Shown piece by piece: positions 11,908 through 24,193 of a stretch of DNA of 64,000 bases. Under the pieces are notes generated by a model. The model made no database searches. It had not been told where the DNA came from and worked only from the letters and a program-made list of their open reading frames with translations. Every line of letters starts with the position of its first letter. The first letter of the stretch is position 1. The stretch spans positions 19,654,001 through 19,718,000 of the forward strand of contig OZ024764.1 in the NCBI GenBank assembly GCA_964016885.1. Direction: 5' to 3'. The stretch is from Eledone cirrhosa (lineage: Eukaryota). Made by a program: the position numbers and the translations under genes.

Positions 11908-13419
11908 GACAAAAACACTTCTATATAAACGTTGAGAGATGTAGATGAAGATAATAGATGTTATGTAGTCTAAAATGTGTATATATAGTATCTATAGATG
12001 ACTGGTATCAGATTTTCTGGTGAAATCCTTGTTCTCGTATTACAGATTGTAATGGAACTCTCATTTGACACAACTGTAAAATAAGAATATATATGACAGT
12101 GTAAGACTGACGTTATGGAAGGAAAATTGTGTGTGTGTGTGTATAATCTTAATAAATAAGGATTGCTCACCACCGTATGTAGAAAAGTACACAATTTTCA
12201 TTCTGTTTACAACCAAAATATGCCAGGTGACACACTTCAGGGAACTTGTCTCTTACAGTGTCTTAGCCCCGCCATCACTTACCGTAATGCTACGGATGTG
12301 TTGACTTGCTTCAAATATGTGTGAGACATAAACAAAAAAAAAAACAATCATAAAACTTCCTTATTATGTTGGGGGGAGTAAACTGCTGATTAAATGTGAA
12401 ATAACCAGAGTCAGTATGATCTTATTCAGCTCCAAAGGACCTCATCTGAAACACAGCAATATACCACATAACATTGCTTCTGAAGTGTTTAGCTTTGTTA
12501 GTTCGGACTGTAAGTAGTATAGGGATAAAAGCTGGAGGGTTGATTAATTTCAAATAGTATCAGTCTTTCTTTGTTCTGTAAAATCAAAGACTGTAAAACT
12601 ACTTTATAAAAGCTAACACAATATTGTTAAACCTTCCTATAGATCAAATCATTTATAGTTTAAGCTGTTTCTAGACTTTCGTGGGATGTTACTCTCTCTC
12701 TCTCTCTCTCTCTGAATATCTAACACTTTAGTATCTCTCTCTGTATAACGGCCTATCTCTCTCTCTTTAAACGCGTCTGTAGTTTTCGTGTGATTCAACC
12801 AAGCAAAAAACATCTCTCTTTTATATATATAGATTGTAACGTTATTTATACAACGGGGTCGATAAAATAAAGTACCAGTAATGCACTGGCCTTGTGCCAA
12901 AAGTAGAAACAGTTATTTATACAACAGTGAATAAAATCTAATTGTACAAAATAATACGTACTTTATATTTCACGGCCAAATAAAATGTGGAACAACCAAT
13001 TCACGAAGTGAGGAAGTTTCTGGTGAAATGAAAGATTTAATCATGTAGATGATGGAACACATACTGTGAAACTTGTAGGACATTGCATCTGATCCATAAA
13101 ACATTTATATTTACCTTAACATGAGATAATTGCAACACAATATATAATTGTTTCTACTTTTGGCACAAGGCATAAAAAATGTTATAAAGATAGCAGGTAG
13201 GCGGTGTCGATGATAATGTTTCCGTCTCCTAATCAATACCGGTGTCACAAGCTAAAATCCCTGACCTAACTTGAAATATTTAGGTAATTCTGTTGTCGAG
13301 AAAATTATGTTTACCTTAACATTTTCCATCCCATTTTTTATTTTATTTTATTTGTTTCTGTTTATTACAAACTTTACATAATTAAATTGGGTAAAATTGT
13401 TCCACATTACAAAAATGTG

Positions 13420-13529
13420 ACATTGAAGCATGCGCAGTGGTCGACTTCCTGTCCACGTGTTAGTCTTCCTACAACATCATTTAGAAAACATTTCTGTAAA
13501 TACTAAACACCTGAGACTATAATGTAAGT
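13420..13529 (+). promoter_or_regulatory. Putative promoter and non-coding exon 1 of the cassette-1 ZNF
   Basis: GCATGCGCA (NRF1-like, 13428), ACTTCCTG (ETS, 13444), CACGTG (E-box, 13454), donor AAT|GTAAGT at 13524; the block recurs in all four cassettes. Confidence 0.6.
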
Positions 13530-13591
13530 ATTATGTCTATTAATATTGTAGATTTAAGCTCACTTTTCACATCACAAATATATATTTTCTT

Positions 13592-14280
13592 CGCTCAACC
13601 TTAAGTCTCACGTCAGAAATGAAATTTATTTTCATTTTCGATTCATTAAAAACTATTGTTTATCTGAATACAAAAACTGGTTGGACGACTACGGGCTGGC
13701 ACTACGTTAGTTGATGTTTTGGATGTAAATGACATCGTTAATGAGAATATTACACTTGTTACTCTTATACCTGTCATATACGGTGACAATCTATGTTAGA
13801 GTGGCTGGTAAGACGGCAGTGACTGTCAATTGTCCTGTTTGTAATGAAACCTGCACATTAAACCATTATTCTGAGGTTCACAAGATGGCGATGTAACCCC
13901 GACAATGTCTCCCAAGCAGTGCGACATAATTGTTTTTTTCAAGGAAGCCATGTGCCACTCGATCACCTTATTTTTATTTTATACATGTGGTGCTACAATT
14001 ATACACAAGCTGAGATGATTCGAGAAACGGGAGTCTCCCAACCGACAATTATTGACTGGTGCAATTTTATTCGAGAAATTTGCCAGCAATATTTGGAGGA
14101 AAATCGCCAACAGCTTGGAGGCTTCGATGACAATGGTGAGTCCATCATTGTCGAGATCGACGAGAGCCAACCTGGTACCAGAGCTGCTTTATTTCAATCT
14201 TATATTGCAGTCTTTGGCGACAGAGAGTTGGTGCCAACAAGTTTGGCGAGATGATAAACTGCATTGGAGCAATTGATATG
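13592..14280 (+). mobile_element. Merlin/IS1595(ISXO2)-like DDE transposase fragment, cassette 1 only
   Basis: ORF 13919-14254 has ETGVSQPTIIDWCNFIREIC...GG...IVEIDES. The segment is absent at the homologous junctions ~30840 and ~48100. Confidence 0.75.
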
Positions 14281-14399
14281 GTGTTTCATTACTGGAAATA
14301 TAAAATGTTATGGTAATTATCTATATTTTACCTCACACCTTAGGGGTTAACTACACACTTTGAGGCAAGCCAACACACTGGCAGCAATACCACGGGTGA

Positions 14400-14982
14400 T
14401 GGTGAGGTTAAGGTGCTTAAATAACCAGGTACCCACACGGGTATCACCTAACACCTCTGTAAGGTGAGGCTAAGATACTGAAATAACCAGGTACCCTCAC
14501 GGAAACGACTAGATTTGTAGAAAAAGTAGTGTGAAAGTATACGAAGAGATGTAGTTTCACAGATCTACTCACCTCACGTTGAGTGGGAATTAATTATTTT
14601 TCTAGACCCCTTTTCAATATTTTCTCTGGACTCCTTAGCTACTTGCAATAGACATTTTATTCCCCAGTATTAGGGTTAGGGTTTCCGTTTTCAGGAAGAA
14701 AAGTTGATTTCAAACATCTAAGAGGCTAAGGTACTGAAATAACCAGGTACCCTGACGGGTATCACCTGACACCTCAGTAAGGTGCTTAAATAACCAGGTA
14801 CCCTCACGGGTATCACCTAACAGCCCAGTAAGGTGCTGAAATAACCAGGTACCCTCACGGGTATCACCTGACACCTCAGTAAGGTGAGGCTAAGGTGCTG
14901 AAATAACCAGGTACCCTCACGGGTATCACCTCACACCTCAGTAAGGTGAGGCTAAGGTGCTGAAGTAATCAGGTACCCTCAC
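14400..14982 (+). repeat. 62-bp minisatellite interrupted by a partial TIR element (14501-14722)
   Basis: Unit GTAAGGTGAGGCTAAGGTGCTGAAATAACCAGGTACCCTCACGGGTATCACCTGACACCTCA; copies at 31310-31585 and 52865-53029. Confidence 0.9.
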
Positions 14983-15134
14983 GGAAACGACTAGATTTGT
15001 AGAAAAAGTAGGGTGAAAGTATACAAAGAGATCTAACGGGGTGGATAAATTAAAGTTCCAGTAATCTACTGGGGTCTGAGATATTAAACGTTTGAGTAGA
15101 TTCTATCTTTTGTGTGTTTGTATTTATAATCTTA

Positions 15135-15665
15135 CTAGAACACCTGTGACCTGTTGGGTCACGTTCCCTTTAAAAATAATTTTTAAACAATTAAAATATA
15201 CACAGACATGTCTATAATCTAAAATGAAATTAGTAGGCCCATGAATATATATATCATCATCATCATCATCATCATTTTACGTCCGCTTTTCCCTGCTTGC
15301 AAGGGTGGGACGGGAGCTGATTCTACAGCTGGATGCCCTTCCTAACACCAACCTCATTTACAGTGAGTGCTGGGTGCTTTTTTGCCGTGGGACCGCCACT
15401 TTGTAGTGGAATGATATGGACCCCGGTACCTATCATCTCATTTCTACAGCTGAGTAAACTGGAGCAATGTGAAATAAAGTGTCTTGCTCAAGGAAACAAC
15501 ACATCACCCAGTCTGAGAATTGAACTCACAACCTTTCGATTGGAAGGCCAATGCTCTAACCACTAAGCCATGTGCCTCCATATATATATACACACACACG
15601 TCACTTGTTATAATTTTATAACTTCGTTCAACAGCACCACCAGCTATCTCTCTCACACACACCCA
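15135..15665 (-). mobile_element. Non-autonomous Helitron 3' part, interrupted by a SINE
   Basis: Minus-strand hairpin GTGACC-CAACA-GGTCAC followed by CTAG terminus at 15135-15138. Confidence 0.75.
15255..15580 (-). mobile_element. Composite tRNA-SINE, unexpanded sibling of 1432-1770; cassette 1 only
   Basis: A box, intact B box GAGTTCAATTC and (ATG)n tail; inserted in a (TA)n tract that is uninterrupted at ~32450-32520. Confidence 0.85.
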
Positions 15666-15839
15666 TGGTTCAGTCCACCCTGGGGGGTGTTAGTGTTGGT
15701 TCAGTCCACCCAGGGGATGTTAGTGTTGGTTCAGTCCACCCAAGGGGTGTTAGTGTTGGTTCAGTCCACTCTGGGAGGTGTAAGTGTTGGTTCAGTCCAC
15801 CCTAGGGAGTGTTAGTGTTGGTCAATGATAACCTTTATA

Positions 15840-16250
15840 ACTAGAGGCCTGTTGGTGAGAACAAGCTGGAACTGGTGACATATTTCTGCTACCTGTGTGA
15901 CATGTCAGCTGGAAGTGGAGCCAAGTTCACTGCCATCATGCTGTGCCACTCCACAGGTAACAAGTTTAGGCAGCTTCTCCTAATCCTCAAGACATGCTGG
16001 CTACCATTAGACACCATGGGGCAGGTTTATAACACCTGTGGGAGAAGTGTGTTGTTTCATGCCAGCGAGACCTGGGCCATGTTATCTGACTGTCTGAATT
16101 GACTCTGAAGAAATGACAGAGCTATGATCCACTGGATGTGTAGTGTGACCATTGAGGATGATGTCAGCTCAACTGAGCTCCTAAAAAAACTGCTGATCGA
16201 CAACCTCAAGGATGTGTTTCACAGGAGACACATGCACTGGTATGGCCATG
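15840..16250 (+). mobile_element. RTE-clade LINE fragment (C-terminal RT region)
   Basis: VTYFCYL...VYNTCGRSVLFHASETW...RNDRAMIHWMC; copy at 32940-33350. Confidence 0.75.
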
Positions 16251-16254
16251 TTGT

Positions 16255-18900
16255 GCATTCTCTCTCAACTCATCTATGCTTGGTCGTTGATGCACATTGA
16301 CATTGCACATCCAACGGAGCATACTTGCTTCATTTCTCTCCAGCCATCGCATATCCTCCACAGTTGCTGTCCATGTCTCACTACCGTGCAGCATCACACA
16401 TCTCACGCAGGCATCACCAGCCATTCGTTCTTAGGGAGAAACCCTTCTTTGTCAACATAGGAAGCAGCTCCCTAAACGTCTTCCAACCCGTCCTTATTCT
16501 AGATACTATGGCCTCTGAGCACCCTCCTCCCATGCTAATTTGATCACCTAGGTACCGGAAGCTATCAACCACTTCTATAGAACCTACCTGCATTTGAAAA
16601 ATGTGTCTATCACTGCGACTTCTACTGTCAAATTTCCATGTACATCTACTGCATATGTAGTTTTCCCTACCTGTTAGTTTGCCTGCTATCCCACTACATT
16701 TCTTGTGTACCCAAAATCTGCATTGTGTACATTATAGAATTTATGCCAGTTCCTTTTCTACATATCGAACAAGGCCATTTCCCTGATGGAATGGCAGTTT
16801 TGTCCTCTTTTCTACTTATCAACACTTTTGTCTTAGCTAGGTTCACTCTCAGGCCTCTTGATTCCAACTGCTGTTGCAATAGCCAGAATTTATTCTCTAG
16901 CTCCTCTACTGATTCTGCTATAAGAACCAGATCGTCAGCCTAGAGAAGTACCCATGGGCAGCCAGTCTTAAACTCCTCTGTTATGGCTTGGAGGTCTATA
17001 ATGAACAAGAGCGGGCTGAGGACCGAAACCTGATGTACTCCTACTTGTATCTGGAATTCCTTATTAAACTCCATGCCTACCCTCACTTTACTGACTGCAC
17101 CTCTGTACATAGCTTGCACTGTCCTCACAAGCCATTCCTCAATACCTAGTTTCCTTAGGGACCACCAGATGACAGATTGGGGTACTCTATCAAAGGCCTT
17201 CTCTAGGTGAACAAAAGCTAAGTATAGTGGTTTTCTTCTCTCAGAACCTCTCTTGTAGTTGTCTCACTAAGAAGAGGGCATCTGTTTGACCCTTTCTCTA
17301 AGTTGCGCTAGTATTCTTTCTGTCACTTTCATAACCTGATCCATCAGTTTTATGCCCCTATAATTACTGCTCTCCAGAACATCCCCTTTACCTTTACCTC
17401 AATTTATGAGAATACTGCTGCACCAATCTTTGGGTATGACACCACCATATATAGCCTGATTAATGATGCATGCAACCAGTTTAATTCCTACTTCTGATGC
17501 CTTTTGCATCTCAGCAACTATCCCCAACAGTCCAGCAGACCTCCATTTTTCCTTTCCTTAATTACCTCTTGGACCCTATAGTCGTCAATCTCAATAGCTG
17601 GTCCTTCTGTCGGGTCTACTGAAGGTAGTTTCTCTCCTATTCATTCTCCACATTCATCAGTCTCTCATAATGACATTTCCAGGCCTTCTTCTTCTGATCA
17701 TTCGTGACACTAAGTACACCAGCATCATCCCGGACTCATTTATCTCCAACAACATCCTGATTTGCACTGACACACTGCCTTGCAATGTGGAACACTGCAC
17801 GCCTCTGATCTTCCCGTCGCAGAACATTGGCAAACCTTCTACTCTCAGCCTCCCTGCATGCTAAGTAGACCTGACATCTAGCTTCTCTCTTAGCGGCTGT
17901 GTATCGGTCTCTACCCCTACAATTTTTCCAAACATTCCATGCTAGTCTTTTGTCTCTAATGGCTCTATCTACCGTGCTGTTCCACCACCGGGTCACCCTC
18001 TGTCTCGTTGGAGCTCTGCTCCAGCCACAAGTTTCTTCAGTAACCTGCAGTAAGTTGTCAGGTAAGAAATTCCAGTTATCATCTATGGCATACGACGCTA
18101 AATCGTCTTCTTTTTCATCATACACATCTTGAAGGGCTTGCCTAAAGGGCTTGCCTGTGAAAGGTCTTTTAGATTCCAGACCTTCCTTTTTCACACTTTC
18201 TTGTATGTCTCATTTTGTCTCTTGCTTACTGAGATGTCACTAACGACTAACCTATGTTGGGGGGTTACATTGTTCCCTGGGATATGCCTTAGTATTTAAC
18301 ACCATCTGTCTGACTTGCTGCTTAACTAGCAAGAAGTCAATCTGTCTCATGTGCTCGCCTGATTGGTAGGTTATTAGGTGGTTGGTAGGTTTCTTGAAGT
18401 ATTGCAAAGGGTTAGTTCACTTGCATCACAAAATACAAGAAGTCTCACTCCTTCTTCGTTTCTTGAGCCATAACCATGACCACCATGTACCCCAGTGTAT
18501 CCATCCTGGAGCTGTCCAACATGACCATGGAAGTCCTCTGCTATTATAACTAGGTCTCTGTCATTGTGGTTATCTCTATTTATTCCTTTTCTACATATGG
18601 AGCAGGGCCACTTTCCTGAAGGTGTCAGGGTCTTCTCTCCTATCCATTAGCACTTTAGTTTTGGCTAAGTATATTCTCAGAAGTTACCATTTCAAATTCT
18701 ATATCTATAGTTGGTCATCTACATAGGGAAGTTTCCATAGACAGCCAGTCTTAAACCTCTCTGTTATGGCTTGGAGAACTATGATGAACAACAGTGGGCT
18801 AAGAACTAAACCATGATGAACTCCTACCTGTACCTTCAATTCCTCACTAAACACACTTTACTGACAGCTTCTCACAAGTCATTCTTCTACACCAATTTCT
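16255..18900 (-). mobile_element. Degenerate RTE-clade LINE (APE endonuclease plus RT), with a second RT fragment at 18575-18900
   Basis: Fragments GVHQVSVLSPLLF, GLRVNLAKTK, GKWPCSICRKG, LHGSETW, WWNSTVDRAI; many stops and frameshifts. Confidence 0.9.
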
Positions 18901-19116
18901 TTAACCATTTAGTATATAAACTGGCCATATCTGGCCAGAATTGTCACACATCTTTCTGTTCAAACTGGCCGTAACTGGTCACTTATACTTATGTTAAGGT
19001 ATTGTTCTCAAAATATGTAACATCAAAATCTCATAGATTTGATATTATGAGAGATAAAGCATTTACTGTGAAAATATAATAGTAAATATAGAGTAATGTG
19101 AATACTAAAGGGTTAA
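18901..19116. mobile_element. piggyBac-like MITE (TTAA TSD)
   Basis: TTAA-CC(C/A)TTTAGTAT...ATACTAAAGGG-TTAA; copies at 35972-36172 and 54029-54244. Confidence 0.8.
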
Positions 19117-19570
19117 TCTGATGTCACTAATAACTTCTTTTATCTGTCAGTATATTCTAATGTCACTAATAACTACTTTTATCAGTCAGTATAATCTAAT
19201 GTCACTAATAACTACTTTTATCAGTCAGTTTAATCTAATGTCACTAATAACTACTTTTATCAGTCAGTATAATCTAATGTCACTAATAACTACTTTTATC
19301 AGTCAGTATAATCTAATGTCACTAATAACTATTTTTATCAGTCAGTATAATCTAATGTCACTAATAACTACTTTTATCAGTCAGTTTAATCTAATGTCAC
19401 TAATAACTACTTTTATCAGTCAGTTTAATCTAATGCCACTAATAACTACTTTTACCTGTCAGTATAATCTAATGTCACTAATAACTACTTTTATCAGTCA
19501 GTTTAATCTAATGTCACTAATAACTACTTTTATCAGTCAGTTTAATCTACTGCCACTAATAACTAACCTA
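19117..19570. repeat. 39-bp minisatellite, ~11 copies
   Basis: Unit CTAATGTCACTAATAACTACTTTTATCAGTCAGTTTAAT. Confidence 0.95.
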
Positions 19571-20510
19571 CGTTAGTCAGCACATTCTTCACCAAAGAAG
19601 GCCTTAGTATTTATTACAGTCCATTTATCAATATAGAAATATTATATGAAATTTGTACTGATGTATCTTATAATGTTCTTTTATTATTTCAGAATACCAG
19701 AGGACATTGGCATTAAAGAGCACGTTACATCAGACATATCCTCAACATTAACCATTTCTAATGAAAGACACTACCCATCATTTTCAAATAATTTTGAAAA
19801 CACTCAACACTTTGAAGGGATTTAGTAATATAACTAAATTTCTCAGTATTAAGCTGCTATTTGGAACATAACTTTGCAAAATTTCATGAAGTTATAATGG
19901 AAAGTTTTTAGATAAATATAAAGACTGATATGAAAAGGATAAAACACTTTTATATCAGTTGTTTCATCAACACCATTATTTAAAGACTAAAGGAAGCTGT
20001 TAGACAGAACAGATACAACCTTGTTTATATAAATCTATGGGAGAAATACTGTGAAATATTTCTTGTAAACTCAATAACACTTCTATTCTTCGCTGTCTGG
20101 AATATGTAGAAGATACAAAATAAAGCTGAAGAAATTTACACATGATTTTGTAAGATCTTCATATATTGACAAAGTTGATAGTTGATGGAACTACAGGAGT
20201 AGAAATATTTCCATTATTACAGGAATAACTAATCAATTGAAGACCAGAAAAATTAGATTCTTCACTGTCTGGAATATGTACAAGATGATTTTATGTGTAT
20301 ATTAAACTTGAAGGGATCTACAAAACAGTTTGTATCATCTTTAAATATAAAGAAAGACCAAAGTTGATGGAAATATATCTGGAGGAATATATTTTAGGAA
20401 TAATATTATAAACATAAACAAGAAAAATATCCATATATTGCGAGGAGAAAAATATTAAAACTGTGAATTATGTGAGAAACTGAGGTGATTGATATCTTTT
20501 AGTAGGAGAT

Positions 20511-22046
20511 ATGTCGAAAAATATAGTAAAATCACCATTCCACTGTGATATCTGTGGTAAATCATTCTCTCGTAGTAATCACCTAACTACTCACAAACGT
20601 ATTCATACAGGAGAGAAGCCATATCACTGTGATATCTGTGGTAAATCATTCATTCGCAGTAATACCTTAACTAATCACCAACGTATTCATACAGGAGAGA
20701 AGCCATATCAGTGTGATATCTGTGGTAAATCATTCTCTCGTAGTAATCACCTAACTACTCACAAACGTATTCATACAGGAGAGAACCCATATCACTGTGA
20801 TATCTGTGGTAAATCATTCAGTCAGAGTAGTACCTTAACTACTCACAAACGTATTCATACAGAAGAGAAGACATATGACTGTGATATCTGTGGTAAATCA
20901 TTCTCTAAAAATAATAAATTAACTCGACACAAACGTATTCATACAGGAGAGAAACTATATCAGTGTGATATCTGTGATAAGTCATTTTCTCAAACTTATG
21001 CCTTAACTATTCATAAGTGTATTGGTACAGGAGAGGAGCCATATCACTGTGGTATATGTAGTAAATCATTCTCTTACAGAAGTAGCTTTGTTAAACACCA
21101 ACGTATTCATACAGGAGAGAAACCATATCACTGTGATATCTGTAGTAAATCATTCTCTGACAGATGTAGGTTTGTTAAACACCAACGTATTCATACAGGA
21201 GAGAAGCCATATCACTGTGATATCTGTGATAAATCATTCTCTCAGAGTAATCACCTAACTACTCACAAACGTATTCATACAGGAGAGAAACCATATCACT
21301 GTGATATCTGTGGTAAAACGTTCTCTAAAAATAATAACCTAACTACTCACAAACGTATTCATACAGGAGAGAACCCATATCATTGTGATATCTGTGGTAA
21401 ATCATTCACTTGTAGTCATCACCTAACTACTCACAAACGTATTCATACAGGAGAGAAGCCATATCAATGTGATATCTGTGATAAATCATTCAGTGACAGT
21501 AGTAGCTTCAGAGTTCACAAACAAATTCATACAGGAGAGAAGCGACATCACTGTGACATCTGTGGTAAATCATTCAGTCACAATAATACCTTAACTAAAC
21601 ACCATCGTATTCATACAGGAGAGAAGCCATATCACTGTGATATCTGTGGTAAATCATTCTCTCAGAGTAATCACCTAACTACTCACGAACGTATTCATAC
21701 AGGAGAGAAACCATATCACTGTGATATCTGTGGTAAAACGTTCTCTAAAAATAATAACCTAACTACTCACAAACGTATTCATACAGGAGAGAGACCATAT
21801 CACTGTGATATCTGTGGTAAAACGTTCTCTAAAAACAATAACCTAACTACTCACAAACGTATTCATACAGGAGAGAACCCATATCATTGTGATATCTGTG
21901 GTAAATCATTCACTTGTAGTCATCACCTAACTACTCACAAACGTATTCATACCGGAGAAAAGCCATATCACTGTGACATCTGTGGTAAATCATTCTCTTG
22001 TAGTGGTAACTTAACCAAGCATGTGCGTATTCATACAGAAGTTTAG
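20511..22046 (+). CDS. C2H2 zinc-finger protein, 511 aa, 18 fingers (finger 6 lacks the last His)
   Basis: Intact ORF of 84-bp units; acceptor TTATTATTTCAG ending at 19692 upstream and AATAAA at 22316 downstream. Confidence 0.95.
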   Translation: MSKNIVKSPFHCDICGKSFSRSNHLTTHKRIHTGEKPYHCDICGKSFIRSNTLTNHQRIHTGEKPYQCDICGKSFSRSNHLTTHKRIHTGENPYHCDICGKSFSQSSTLTTHKRIHTEEKTYDCDICGKSFSKNNKLTRHKRIHTGEKLYQCDICDKSFSQTYALTIHKCIGTGEEPYHCGICSKSFSYRSSFVKHQRIHTGEKPYHCDICSKSFSDRCRFVKHQRIHTGEKPYHCDICDKSFSQSNHLTTHKRIHTGEKPYHCDICGKTFSKNNNLTTHKRIHTGENPYHCDICGKSFTCSHHLTTHKRIHTGEKPYQCDICDKSFSDSSSFRVHKQIHTGEKRHHCDICGKSFSHNNTLTKHHRIHTGEKPYHCDICGKSFSQSNHLTTHERIHTGEKPYHCDICGKTFSKNNNLTTHKRIHTGERPYHCDICGKTFSKNNNLTTHKRIHTGENPYHCDICGKSFTCSHHLTTHKRIHTGEKPYHCDICGKSFSCSGNLTKHVRIHTEV

Positions 22047-22696
22047 CTGTGTCAATATCAAACTCATTACATCATACTACAACAACAACAACAAATGTGT
22101 AGATCCATCATCCTTGCTAAAACTGGGGTTAACCTTGTAGGTTTTACCTATGACAGGGATCATAAACACCAGGTTTCCATTTTTGAAGCAGTGTCTCAAG
22201 ATTTTGTGTAAATTAAAGTTTTTCACATTAAACTTTCATTTATTATACTTTAACAGGTAAGATATATATTTGTATTTTTAGTAAAGGTTGGGAACTTCTG
22301 TAATTTAAACCTGCCAATAAAATGAAAACTTTTGTTGTTGTTAGTCAGACATTGATATTAATTCTATTGTCCTGTACGTTGTCTCAAATATCACAGATTA
22401 AACAGATTTTAACAATATCAACAGAAATCAATAACTTGTAAGCCTAATATCTAGCTTCCATTTTAACTATTTGATATTGTTATTCCCCTCCTGTCTCTTC
22501 AGGTCTTTTAGATTTCAACTTCTATCTACTGTACTATTCCATCACCAAGGCAACATTCATCTGGCTGGCAGTTTACATCAACTACAGATCTCATCAGTGG
22601 TTCACAACAGGCTGTCTGAAAGAAACTTGCAGCTATCTTCTATGTCATAGCTATCAATCTCCTCCTTATTATATGTATCATGTAGAACATCTCTGA

Positions 22697-23020
22697 ATTT
22701 ATATTTAACAGGGAGATCTTTTACTGTCCCTACCCTTTTCTCTAGGTTGTCTTGTACCTCTCTCACAGTCCCTCTAGATCTTATATTTAACAGGGAGATC
22801 TTTTACTGTCTCTACATCTTTCTCTAGGTCCTCTTGTACCTCTCACAGTCCCTCTAGATCTTATATTTAACAGGGAGATCCTTTACTATCCCTACCCTTT
22901 CTCTAGGTTGTCTTGTACCTCTCACAGTCCCTGTAGATCTTATATTTAACCAGGAGATCATTTACTCTCCAACCCTTCTTTCTCCAGATAGTCTTGTATC
23001 TGTCAGTCCCTCTAGATCTT
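22697..23020. repeat. ~82-bp minisatellite, ~4 copies
   Basis: TTATATTTAACAGGGAGATCTTTTACTGTCCCTACCC... units; copies at 39905-40295 and 57043-57535. Confidence 0.9.
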
Positions 23021-23311
23021 ACACCTAGTATCTAGTCTATGTTGAGTGGTATGTCCTTCTCCAGTAAAGGAGTTAATATTCCCAACCATCTGTCTATCCT
23101 GTTTTCTGATGAGAATGAAGTCAATCTAGTTTATCTCTTCACCTGATTGAAGTAACTAGATCAAGTAACTAGATGGTTTCCTGTAAGTTAGTGTTGCAGT
23201 GTTTGTGTCACCATGTAAGGTTTATATCTATTAATATAGAGATGTAGTAAAGTTTTCACTGTTGTATCTCTATTTTCTAAATATCTTAATAATGTTTCTC
23301 TACTATTTCAG

Positions 23312-23700
23312 AATATCACATGACCTTGACAGAAAAGAATCTTTTAAAGACAACAGAAAGATGTTACATACAAGTGATATAAACTTGTTTAGTCTGTGGT
23401 GAATTATGGTGAAATATTTCTTCTGAATTGAGATAAATAACAACATATTCCTTTTTCACTGTCTGGAATATTTACAAGATGATTTTACATTCTGATTAAA
23501 CTTTGGATATTTACAAAGGAGTTTTCAAAATATTTGGATATTGACAAAGATCACATTTGGTAAAATTATGAACAATAGAAATATTTACATCAACATAGGA
23601 ATATTTTCCAGAAGAGATGGGAAAATCATTATACCACTGTAATATTTGTGGTAAAGTATTCTCTCTTCTTTATATGTAGAACATCTAACTAAACACTTTA
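23312..23700 (+). pseudogene. Relic paralogous ZNF exon (acceptor, 5'UTR and a broken first finger)
   Basis: Acceptor and UTR homologous to 19670-20300. ATG 23617 gives MGKSLYHCNICGKVFSLLYM*, with HLTKH continuing out of frame. Copies start at 40587 and 57824. Confidence 0.75.
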
Positions 23701-23807
23701 ACTAACAAACTATTGTGCTATAGAATTGACAAACTTGAACAATGTTTAATAAATGTTACAGATTTCTCCAAACTGTCGTTTACTAACTTTAATTTGAAAC
23801 TATATTA

Positions 23808-24193
23808 TCTATATACTACTAAAACTCTGTGATTGTGTCTTGTCCGTAATTTAATACAGCTAAAACAGTGCATAATGGGGAAATACTTTGAAAAGAATAA
23901 AACAAGTTTTGTATAAAATGGAGCACAGGTTCCCAAGATACGGGGTTTTCTGGGTACCTTCATAAATATAGGGAGAGAAAGAGATAGTGGTTGTGAGAGT
24001 GAGGAGACAGATGGAAGAGAGAGAGAGAGCTGCTGGTGTTTAATAAAATGTGTGCATATATATATATACATATGTGTCTATAAATATATATATGTCTGTA
24101 TATTTTAACTATTTGAAAATTATTTTAAAGTGAACATGATTTTAAAATAATAGTTTTAAGGGAACGTGACCCAACAGGTCACGGGTGGTCTAG
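23808..24193 (+). mobile_element. Complete non-autonomous Helitron
   Basis: A|TCTATATACTAC 5' end, CGTGACC-CAACA-GGTCACG hairpin and CTAG|T 3' end. Confidence 0.85.

Noticed and set aside
14670-14683. TTAGGGTTAGGG as an interstitial telomere
   Set aside because: Only two units, internal to a MITE.
21022-21258. Alternative-frame ORF over the ZNF
   Set aside because: Typical shifted-frame shadow of C2H2 repeats.
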